DNA from: Octopus bimaculoides
Lineage: Eukaryota
Assembly: GCF_001194135.2 (NCBI RefSeq)
Contig: NC_068987.1
Location: forward strand, 78,231,122 to 78,295,121
Direction of reading: 5' to 3'
Length of the DNA stretch: 64,000 bases
A program made the translations under genes and the position numbers. Under the pieces are notes generated by a model that had not been told where the DNA came from, ran no database searches, and saw only the letters and a list, made by a program, of their open reading frames with translations. Positions 38,734 through 49,135 of the stretch are shown here, piece after piece (the stretch's first letter is position 1; every line of letters begins with the position of its first letter).

Positions 38734-39521
38734 TATGTATATATATGTATGTATGTATGAAAATATATATGTATATGTATACACATATACACGTGTACAC
38801 AAATATAAATATATACATACATTTATGTGTGTATGTTTGCGTGTGTTTGTGTGTGTGTGCGTGTGTGTGCGTATGTGTGTATGTGTGTGTTTATGTGTGT
38901 GCAAGTAATGTACACAGAAGGCAAATTTTGTCAAATCAGAAAATCTGTGTTTAGAGAAGGTGATGATATCGAATACTTTGTCTTCGAACCAACGGGGGAT
39001 CCTATACATTATAACTCTGCCTCCTAGATATCTAAGCCAAACGTCCCTCACATAATACCCTACCATCTTAAAATATACAATCATTCGATAATATACACAC
39101 CGTATATACTACATGGAAGGAGAGACGTTCATGGTTTGTCTTTGTGTAGAGAGACCTGTCAGAGGGATAAACGCTAGTGATATAGGGAAAACCTAAAAAA
39201 TAAAAAAATAAAAAAATAAAAAAAGAATACAGCACCAACAACTTTTACTAAAGTCAAAGTGTTGTTTTTTGTTGTTGTTATTGACCAAAATAATTATTAG
39301 GGATTATGTTTTGGCAACAGTCTTTAATTTAGATAACGTGTAAATGTTCTTTACATTAACAAACGTGGAATCTTTTTCCAGGCGATAGCTTGTAATTTAT
39401 GTGTGTGTGTATGTATGTATGTGTGTGTGTGTGTGAGTGATTTTCGTGCTATTTATTGCAGGTTGGGTGTCTTAAGATCGCTTGTTATCCACCTGACGAA
39501 CTCTATGAAAATGTGATACTA

Positions 39522-39556
<35 letters not shown>

Positions 39557-39559
<3 letters not shown>

Positions 39560-39775
39560 TTTATTTTATTGCTTGTTTCAGTCATTTGACCGCGGCCATA
39601 CTGGAGCACTCCCTTAAAGTATCTTTCTTTTTTAGTCGAGGGAATCGGTGTCAGGACTTATTCTTTGTAAGCCTAGTACTCATTCTATCGGGCTCCATTG
39701 TCGAACCGCTAGTTTACTGGGATGTAAAGACACTAACATCGTTTGTCAAGCAAAGATACACATCCATCTATACAT
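39557..39775 (-). mobile_element. SINE family B, 3' half
   Basis: gtttcagtcatttgaccgcggccatactggagcactcc...gtactcattctatcgg...gaaccgctagttt. Confidence 0.75.
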
Positions 39776-39919
39776 ACATACACACGCACACACACACACA
39801 TACGTTTATGATCTTGTGCTACAAGTGTCCTGATGTGAAATCGTGTGTTGAAGCAGATATTGTTGTATTTCGGGATGGTCATTTTTTTTTTTTTGCCAAA
39901 TAAACACACGCACTATACA

Positions 39920-40061
39920 TTTGTTCTTCACTCGTTTATCACTGTTCTTATTCTAACCCACGTGTCCATTGTCAGCAAACCTTTCGTCACACATCTGTGA
40001 CCTCTTCCGGACAATGGATATGAGTTAGAATAAGAACAGTAATAAACGAGTGAAGAACAAA
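39920..40061. repeat. Long foldback: 38-bp arms (37/38) plus an inner 11-bp stem, with an HHR remnant in the loop
   Basis: 39920-39957 versus the reverse complement of 40024-40061; tccattgtc / gacaatgga; inner gtcaca-catc-tgtgac. Confidence 0.85.
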
Positions 40062-40734
40062 AATATGATGACACAAATTTAAATACCGGATCCATAACAT
40101 AGTAAATTTATGGACACAGTTTAATATTAGATCAACGTAACGTTGAACCGAACAACCTAAAGTAGCTCAACTGATACGACAATTTAAAGCAGCCTATGTT
40201 ATTTAACTTTATGCCTGTGTATCGATTATACAGAATAAGTATGTCTGTGTATCGATCATAGAGAAAAAATCTGCCTGTGTATTGATCATACAGATTAAAT
40301 TTAGTTGTATTAGAACTATTTATTTGAAATGGTGATCACAAAAGTTTATTTTTCATGTGGTGATCAGTTTAGAACGACATTTCATATGTTTGACAATGAA
40401 ACTTACCGCATGGGCATAGTCTATACACAGATTCATTTGTTTATACAACAAACCAATTAATTTGCGCAGTGTAATGACGGTCCAATTGCTGTCGCAACAG
40501 CTGAAGAGCACCTAGCTGGAAGCGAAGATCCTTTTCATCATTTGACTCATTTAAAGATGATGACAATCATCCTCGATAGACGAATGGAAATCGTACGCCG
40601 CCATATCATCTAAAATAAATTCAAAATTTGAAAACTATAATCTAATCACCTGTTGCACTTCGAAGAGGAGACTTCTTTTTGGAAATACTTTTCGAGGAAA
40701 ATGAATATGATTCATTTTATATCAAAATAGTTCA

Positions 40735-41003
40735 TATACATTATTTACAATTGAGGGATATTTGTCCTCATCTTGTTTGTTGTTAACACAACGTTTCGGC
40801 TGATATACCCTCCAGCTTTCATCAGGTGTCTTGGGGAAATTTCAAACCTGGGTTCTCATTCCTAAGGTATTTTTCGATGTTGTTGTTGTTGTTGTTGTTG
40901 TTGTTATTATTATTATTATTATTATTCAGGTCACTGTCTGGAATCGAACTCGGAATCTTAGGGTTAGTTGTCCGCGCTCTTAACCAGTACGCCATATGCT
41001 CAC
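40735..41003 (-). mobile_element. SINE family E, full length: tRNA-like head, internal (TAA)n/(CAA)n, HHR-bearing tail
   Basis: Minus strand shows A box TGGCGTACTGG, B box GAGTTCGATTCC, a microsatellite, then the tail shared with 2268-2460. Confidence 0.8.
40785..40830 (-). ncRNA. Minimal type I hammerhead ribozyme motif (dimer type)
   Basis: GACAC-CUGAUGA-A-AGCUG-gagggUaUaU-CAGCC-GAAAC-GUU-GUGUU. The closing pair of helix II is A-C in this copy. Confidence 0.65.
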
Positions 41004-41190
41004 CAGGTCTTACAAATATATATAACATACAGAAAATTGCACTACTGAGCACTGCACACATCCTACACAAAACACTTTCAATACAATAACCATAAGAGCA
41101 TCACAGCAAACCACAGCACATACCCAAGGCACAGAGAGCTGCGCTCGGTAGTGAAGTGAAAGCACGTTATAAAAATAAAACTACTGAACA
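41003..41190 (+). mobile_element. 5'-truncated R4/Dong-like non-LTR retrotransposon (family 1): ORF C-terminus, 3' UTR and TAA tail
   Basis: PGLTNIYNIQKIALLSTAHILHKTLSIQ* resembles the QKxxLLGTAxILRxxL C-terminus of R4-clade RLE elements. Followed by (taa)n. Confidence 0.7.
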
Positions 41191-41214
41191 ATAATAATAA
41201 TAATGATAATAATG

Positions 41215-41416
41215 GGCTCAATCCCATTGAAACTTCAAAACTTCTTAAGGCAGCTGGAAATCCCATGCAAGATTGATGTCTTGCAAAAAGCAGCCTTATT
41301 GGGCACAGCACATCATCTTAAGGAAAGTATTATCTGTCTGAGGTCCTTGTTGTGACTTGACAGATGACTAAAGGCTCCGGTGCATTTTTACCTACACTGT
41401 ATAACGAAGGAATAAT
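41215..41416 (+). mobile_element. 5'-truncated R4/Dong-like non-LTR retrotransposon (family 2)
   Basis: GSIPLKLQNFLRQLEIPCKIDVLQKAALLGTAH/(+1)ILRKVLSV* with the stop at 41339-41341, then a different 3' UTR and (gat)n. Confidence 0.75.
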
Positions 41417-41440
41417 AAAGATGATGATGATGATGATGAT

Positions 41441-41930
41441 AAATGCTCTGATGCAGTACCAAGCCGTGGCTGTCATGGCTTCTTATCGCAACTGATTGGA
41501 AGTATTAATTTGTACATGTTTTGTCTTGGTGTAAAAGAGTGGCTACACTCAATACCGCAGATCTGCTTGTCACTTGCTTGACCTTAACAATTCGAGCATG
41601 TCGCTTAGTTGCTGGTAATATGTGCGTCTCTGATCAGGAGCAGTAGTGGTGGGAGCATCATAACCATATGTTGAAATGCACTCTTTGGGATTCGAATAAT
41701 TCACATCTGGAAACATGCGTGTTTCGTTCATCATCCTTAAACAACTCATATTCATGAATCCCTTGAGCAGGATGGGCTGCTCGCCATGAAGAAAATTATA
41801 ACTGGGTCCCACCTGTAAGGTCATGTGCTGTTTATCTTGTTATGAGGTCAGCATGTCATGCATATATTGTTGTAATGCATGTGCCTGGTGTACTCTTCTG
41901 AGATGGGTATATTAGGCTTTTGTACTGGGC
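41441..41930. mobile_element. Unclassified dispersed repeat (probable retroposon remnant)
   Basis: GC-richer 490-bp block between repeats with no intact ORF. Recognised by pattern only. Confidence 0.35.
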
Positions 41931-42300
41931 TAGTACTTTCTGTTATAGACGCAGAAAGAGCAAAAGGCTAAGTTGATCTCTGTCGGCTTTGAACTCAGAG
42001 TGTAAAGAGCCAGAACACATATCAGGAAGCATTTTGTCTGATGCTCAAACAATACTACTAGTTCACTTTTTGTATTGCTTCTACTCAAGGTACAACGCCT
42101 GAAATTTGAGATAGCCAGTTAGTCGATTAAATTGACCCCCAGCACTTGACTGACACTGTATCTTATCTCCCCGAAGGTGGGGTGAAAGGCAAAGTTAACC
42201 TCAGCAGTTTGAGTTGATTTGAACTCAGAACAAAAAGGCAGAAAAAATAACTCAAGGTATATTGCCCGATGCTTTAATGATCCAATCAGTGCACCAAATA
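41930..42300 (-). mobile_element. Two tandem degenerate SINE family A copies
   Basis: ggctaagttgatctctgtcggctttgaactcagagtgt and gaaaggcaaagttaacctcagc...tttgaactcagaac. Confidence 0.6.
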
Positions 42301-42886
42301 ATACAATTTTAAAGTGGAGTTGTGGGTACTGTATATTGAAACCAGCAGAGGACTTACACTTGTTATTTAAAATTGCATTATATTAATTTATTTGTTCTCT
42401 AAAAAAATCGTCCCATAAAAAGTACACATTTTTATTCATACAGTTTATTTCCAATAGTTACGTTAATTTATTGTGTGTTAAGTGACTGAACAATTTGATC
42501 ACCAAATCAAATGCCTTATGGTAATGATTTTCGGCCTTCTATTGTCTAAAATCAAATGCTGCTGGTTCGACATTGCCACATTAATTACTTTTAATGATTT
42601 GTTTTACATTTTATAGCATATAAGACTTTTCTTCTCAACAAAATGTCAGAAAAAACATTATCCGTAAGCTAATTATGTCCTTAACACCTACTATTGTTTT
42701 CTGCCTTTGAAGATGATTAAAGTTTCTCTTACTGTGTTTTGGTTGAAGATCAACTGTAGTGGAAGCTTGGTTTTTATAAAATGCATTCTGCTTTGTTTTT
42801 CCTCTTGCATGTTTTATTACTGTAACCATGATACATCTGCCAATGATAATTGCTTCATGTTCAGCTGTACCACTAATATTTATATA

Positions 42887-43070
42887 CAGTAATATCCAAC
42901 TTAAAACACCTTATAAGAACACCGAATACTGCGTTATTAGCTTTGAGAGATCCTCTCATATAGGCGCCTGGTGCATAAAGACACACACATTGATCATAGT
43001 GGACGAGAATTTTCTGTCATGGACGCCGGCGCAATATCGGTGTTATAACAAGGCATCCATGTTAATACTG
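42887..43070. mobile_element. Possible degenerate Tigger/pogo-like MITE
   Basis: ta-cagtaat...ttataagaacaccg versus cggtgttataac...aatactg. The TSD is present on the left side only. Confidence 0.3.
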
Positions 43071-43268
43071 CTTCCGTCACTAAAGATTAATATATACAGT
43101 AATGCTTTCTGTCTTAGTAGAAGGTCATTTTGTAATGTTTTGTAATGTACAACCAGATTGTTTTAAGTATTAAATGCTTTAAAGCACAAGACAGCTTTTT
43201 TTGCTGAATATGCGCTTCTAAGATGAGTGTGTTTCTAATATGTCGGTGTGTCGTTTTACCATCAAATA

Positions 43269-44287
43269 CGGTAGTAAAAGATGGATGAACTGCGTCCGAG
43301 ACATTTTCCATTCTGTCTAAGCTTGGTAGATGTAAGCTATCCTCGAACTGAAGATCAAATATTTGTTAAAAGCACGCATGGTGACAAGTATTAAACTGAA
43401 CAAAGTTAATCATTCAGGTGTTAAGATTATGTTCACTTATGAACTGGAGCTATTTCAACCTATTATAGACCTACATTAGACTGATCTTAATGTAAAAAAT
43501 CATTAAGATACTGAAGACGATGGCTGTGGTTGATAAGTTGATTAGAACATCACATGATAAATGCATCTCATAATTTAGCTTCCATCATTTCAATGTCATT
43601 ATTTAATGCCAACTGTTAATGAAAGTCTTCGGAATATACCGTGTCGATTGTACCTACTTTATATTCTGGTATGAAATGAATTTACCATTAAATTAGCATT
43701 TTGTCTAGGGACAAAGGAAGAGGCTATATCCATGAGATAAGATGACCATTCGAGAAAGTTGGTGAGATTGATACAGTTAATTTTCCTCTTTACGTTCAAA
43801 TGTATTAATTTGAAGATGCTAAATGCAATCAAGTATTAATATACATAAACATACATAAGATGGCGAACTAGCAGAGTCGTAAGTACGTCGGACAAAATGC
43901 TTAGCGGCATTTCATCCGTCACTATATTCTGAGTTTAAATTCCGACGATATCGACGTTGCCTTGTATCATTTTGTAGTCGATAAAATAAGTACCTGTTGA
44001 AAACTGGGGTCGATTTAATAGACTCAGCCCTCCCACAACCCTGTTGGCCTTGTGCCAAAATTCTAAACCAATATGCAGAAACACATAAACGCGTGCGCGC
44101 GTAGGTTAGAATAGAGACGGCTGATGAAGGAATATTCCAAGTGGCTTTCCGTTTTCCTATGTGTTCGTTCCGTTGTCTGTAGTTCGTTGTTCTAACGTCC
44201 TGTACCCTGATATGCATATATATATACACATGTAGATGTAAGTATGTACATATATGTGTGTATACATGTATATATATTCTTTGTATT

Positions 44288-44332
<45 letters not shown>

Positions 44333-44957
44333 ATAGAAATAATATTATTAGGGATAAAAATCCAAATTTACAGGTAAAAACTCAATTAAATTCAATTTAT
44401 TAAAAATTAAAATTAAATTAAGCTTCAGATATGTGACAGTGGATTTTCATCGATGAGTTCATGAACCTTGGTTCTTTTCCCTAAAACTATATACATATAT
44501 ATATATTCTAGACAACTTGAACATGCAAGTAATACCAGTCGAAAGCTCCGCATACCGAAAGCCAGTAAATGTATGGGGTCATCAGGAAAGAATGCACGCC
44601 GTTCCGGAGTCTGCCTCTCGACGGCAGCATTGCGCCCCGCCAACCCTCACTGACATGAGGCCCCACTTGCTAGATCAACTGGTTATCAAATATAGCTCAA
44701 TATTCTTCTAGCCGCATATCGTTAATGGTGGTATTTACAATTAGTTAGGTGTAATGATAACTAGGGCTATAATAGGTTAAAATTACTCAGTGCATGAGTG
44801 AATATAATCTGTTAACAACTGAATGTTCAGTTTAATACTTGTCATCATGCGTGCTTTTAACAAATATTTGATCTTCGGTTCGAGGATGGCTTACATCTAC
44901 CAAGCTTAGATAGAATGGAAATTGTCTCGCACGCAGCTCTTCCATCTTTTACTACCG
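43269..44957. mobile_element. Element bounded by about 200-bp inverted repeats with TA at both outer ends (Tc1/mariner-like long-TIR element, or two inverted MITE halves)
   Basis: 43269-43470 versus the reverse complement of 44764-44957 (cggtagtaaaagatgg...aagcttggtagatgtaagc.atcctcgaac.gaagatcaaatatttgttaaaagcacgcatg). TA at 43267-43268 and 44958-44959. Confidence 0.7.
43857..44068 (+). mobile_element. SINE family A nested in the long-IR element
   Basis: tggcgaactagcagagtcgt...aaatgcttagcggcatttc...ctgagtttaaattccg...ctggggtcgat. Confidence 0.8.
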
Positions 44958-44964
44958 TATATTG

Positions 44965-45001
<37 letters not shown>

Positions 45002-45891
45002 CATATATATATATATATATCAACGGCCATTGAACTTTCAATTCACAAACCTTTCATATTTTACATTTTTTCTGGACTCTTAACTTTCTGTAAGTCGCAC
45101 TGTATATATACATAAACGGCACAAAAACGCAGTAGAGGACAATAAAACATTCAGACAGATAGACGATACAAAAGCGGACNNNNNNNNNNNNNNNNNNNNN
45201 NNNNNNNNNNNNNNNNNNNNNNNNNNNNNNNNNNNNNNNNNNNNNNNNNNNNNNNNNNNNNNNNNNNNNNNNNNNNNNNNNNNNNNNNNNNNNNNNNNNN
45301 NNNNNNNNNNNNNNNNNNNNNNNNNNNNNNNNNNNNNNNNNNNNNNNNNNNNNNNNNNNNNNNNNNNNNNNNNNNNNNNNNNNNNNNNNNNNNNNNNNNN
45401 NNNNNNNNNNNNNNNNNNNNNNNNNNNNNNNNNNNNNNNNNNNNNNNNNNNNNNNNNNNNNNNNNNNNNNNNNNNNNNNNNNNNNNNNNNNNNNNNNNNN
45501 NNNNNNNNNNNNNNNNNNNNNNNNNNNNNNNNNNNNNNNNNNNNNNNNNNNNNNNNNNNNNNNNNNNNNNNNNNNNNNNNNNNNNNNNNNNNNNNNNNNN
45601 NNNNNNNNNNNNNNNNNNNNNNNNNNNNNNNNNNNNNNNNNNNNNNNNNNNNNNNNNNNNNNNNNNNNNNNNNNNNNNNNNNNNNNNNNNNNNNNNNNNN
45701 NNNNNNNNNNNNNNNNNNNNNNNNNNNNNNNNNNNNNNNNNNNNNNNNNNNNNNNNNNNNNNNNNNNNNNNNNNNNNNNNNNNNNNNNNNNNNNNNNNNN
45801 NNNNNNNNNNNNNNNNNNNNNNNNNNNNNNNNNNNNNNNNNNNNNNNNNNNNNNNNNNNNNNNNNNNNNNNNNNNNNNNNNNNNNNNNNNN

Positions 45892-46070
45892 GAGAGAGAG
45901 AGAGAAAGAGAGGGAGAGAGAGAGGGAGAGAGAAAGAGAGGGAGAGAGAGAGGGAGAGAGAGAGGGAGAGAGAGAGAGAGGGAGGAGAGAGAGAGGGTAG
46001 ATGGGGAGAGATTAGAGAGACAGTGAAAGAGTGAGAGAGAAAATGTACAGTGAGAGAGAGAAATGTGATC
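45892..46070. repeat. GA-rich compound microsatellite
   Basis: (ga)n / gagagg runs next to an N gap. Confidence 0.9.
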
Positions 46071-47634
46071 GTACTGAGATATATGAATGGAGTGTATGTG
46101 TTTGCTGAAGGCGATTAAAACCCTACCACCACAGCAGCGCTTCAGTATTTAACGCTAGTAGGTAGGTGTATCATGTACCGAAGTTTAGATAAGGCGTACA
46201 TTATACTTGAATACTGTTAACGTGTCAGGTGTGATAATTATCCGCTTCTCATACTTTCTGTCCGATTTAAATAAAAGAGAATGAATCGAGTTACAGTAAG
46301 TTACTCGGCTTTCGTTTACAAACTACACTCACTGCATGAGGTCTATTCATATATGTGAACATACAGAAGATACTGTTGTGATTTATTGTCTGTGAATATG
46401 TGTTTATTTATTTCTTTATTTTTTCTCGTTGATTTATTTCGACTTCACACACCCATTTCTGGTTGGTGGTCTTATAAATATGTTACTACTTTCTCTTTAA
46501 ACATATATAGATGAAGCGCTAACTGTGCGCCTTGAAATATTGTCAACTAGCTGTCTTAGCTTTACCTCAACGGATTTTCATCTCAACTGAAGCAGGTGGA
46601 AAGTGTTACTTTTCTAAATTGGTTGTGAGCTTAAGCCAAAAGGCTGGCTACATTAGCTTTGGTTTGTTACATACATACATACCACACGCACGCGCGCACA
46701 CACACACATGCCACGGAATAGAGATATTAAATCCAGGCAAATCCCTTACGCACACTCTGATCTAGAACCCTAAGAGACATTCACAAGAAACGCATGTCGG
46801 AATATAACATAAATAAAATACTTCTTATTAAATAAATTTTGGTGATATATAACTCTTCATTCTTCACTATAATATCTATCTATCTCCCTACTTTTCTTTT
46901 CAAAATCTGTAGGACATATTCCATTAGCATTACTTCTACATATGTCTTGTCTTAATGCTGTCATATAATCGTCAGGCCTACATTTCTATGTGTATATTTA
47001 TATATATACCGACTACCTGTGTCGCATGTTTGTTTTTGTCATCAACCTTTACGTTTACTCACTTATTCCCAGTAGCTTCTTGCTGTTGCTTCCACCACAA
47101 TAAACAATTTTATCGTTAAAGGCATCAGATTCTTATGATTTTTTTAACGATAACTGATGAGTGAAGAGCAACTCCACGTCTTGTGTGTGAATTTTCCGTG
47201 TGTTCCTTTGTCTTTCTTCTGTGCAATTCTTAAATCCTATATATACGTATATATAGTTTTTCAAAAGAATTAACTCTACGTGATAAAACATTTTCTTAAA
47301 CTAAAAGTTGATAATCAAAAGATATATTTAAGAAAAAAGAAAAGGAAAACAGACTTCCTCGAACCTTTTGGAAGGTAGTTTCGTATTATGTGTAAGCGCT
47401 TTCTGTGTATGCTCTAAAAGCTAAACAGTAAGAGAACTTACGAAAAATAAAACTTCCTTTCAAATGGTGCATATCATTTTGTTTTTTTTTCTTAATGATT
47501 TTTATATAATTAATAAATTTCGTTTCTAAGAAATCATTTCGTAGTGCATGCGCACACACACACACATACACACACACACGCGCATATATATATACATACA
47601 CGTATACATGCACACACAAATATATATATGTTTC

Positions 47635-47697
<63 letters not shown>

Positions 47698-47953
47698 NNN
47701 NNNNNNNNNNNNNNNNNNNNNNNNNNNNNNNNNNNNNNNNNNNNNNNNNNNNNNNNNNNNNNNNNNNNNNNNNNNNNNNNNNNNNNNNNNNNNNNNNNNN
47801 NNNNNNNNNNNNNNNNNNNNNNNNNNNNNNNNNNNNNNNNNNNNNNNNNNNNNNNNNNNNNNNNNNNNNNNNNNNNNNNNNNNNNNNNNNNNNNNNNNNN
47901 NNNNNNNNNNNNNNNNNNNNNNNNNNNNNNNNNNNNNNNNNNNNNNNNNNNNN

Positions 47954-47991
<38 letters not shown>

Positions 47992-48959
47992 ACAGAGGAC
48001 CACTCGGCTTTCGCTTATAAACCACACACACACCACACGCACGCACACGCACACACGCAGATACACACAGGCACACGCACGCACGCACACTCACACTCAC
48101 ACACATGCACTTGTATATATGTGTGTGTGTGTATTGCTTTGAAGCACCGTATCGTGAAATCGCTGAAGATTCTGAGTATTTTAGAGGAAAAGGAATAGAA
48201 AAAACGAAACATTTCTGTCGGTACTATAGGAATTATTGACTTATATAGATAGAAATAGAGTTTCCTGACCATTTAGATAAAATTGCGTGTTGAACTTTAC
48301 AAATAAGTTAGGAAACAATTGGTATGTGTGAATACTGTCAAGAGTAATAGGTTTGGCTTCGTTACTTTTGCTCTTGTTTGGTTTTAATTTACTAAATTTC
48401 ACATTGTTCTAACTTATACTTAGTGAAACACCTTAAGAAAATCCTACATTTTCGAAGTTGATAGCTGTAGGAAATCATAGTAAAGTATTTTACTTTAAAA
48501 CCTAAACGAAATGCATGCTGAAGTCTGTGATATCTTCTTTAGCACATCGTGCTTTACGAAACCTTAAATCCATAAGTGATATTCCTGAAAAAAAGAAAGA
48601 TTAAAAGGAATTAAAATTGTATTTTGTTTTCGATTAAAGAATTAAACTGATAACAGTTTAGGAAACAGCTTCATAGCACATTGATTATGAATAATTAAAA
48701 TAATTAATCCAAATTTACATAAAGTCAAAAGCTGGACAGGAAGATAATACATTCTTTAGTATTAACAGATATACCTTCATTTTCTTAATTATATTAAAGA
48801 ATGGTTTGAATTTTAAATACAGCTCTAATATTAATTAAAATATTTAAATTATTGTTAATATTATGTAAGATATTTGAATAGTATTTAGAATATTTAAGAG
48901 GTTTATAGAAATTTGAAATTAGAAGAAATATAAAAATAAAATGAAATGTGGTAGTTTGC

Positions 48960-48988
48960 AGAGGGAGATAAAGAGAGAGAGAACGAGT

Positions 48989-49019
<31 letters not shown>

Positions 49020-49135
49020 AGAGAAGGGGAGAGAGAGACAAGAGACAGTCAGAGAGAGAGAGAGAGAGGGGGGAGAGAGAGGGAGAGAGAGAAAGAGCGA
49101 GAGAAAGAGAAAATGAGATAGAGAGACGAGAATGA
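48960..49135. repeat. GA-rich compound microsatellite
   Basis: Purine-only tract; the ERERER ORF is an artefact of it. Confidence 0.9.

Noticed and set aside
41570-41824. ORF containing YDAPTTTAPDQ, resembling an APE endonuclease motif
   Set aside because: A single short motif with no other endonuclease motifs in frame; insufficient support.
44121-44145. Hammerhead candidate CUGAUGA-A-GGAA-ua-UUCC
   Set aside because: GAAA and helix III are missing, so at most it is a dead fragment.
44530-44585. Minus-strand CUGAUGA followed by a ccccatac/gtatgcgg stem
   Set aside because: No GAAA follows the stem, so the hammerhead topology is not met.
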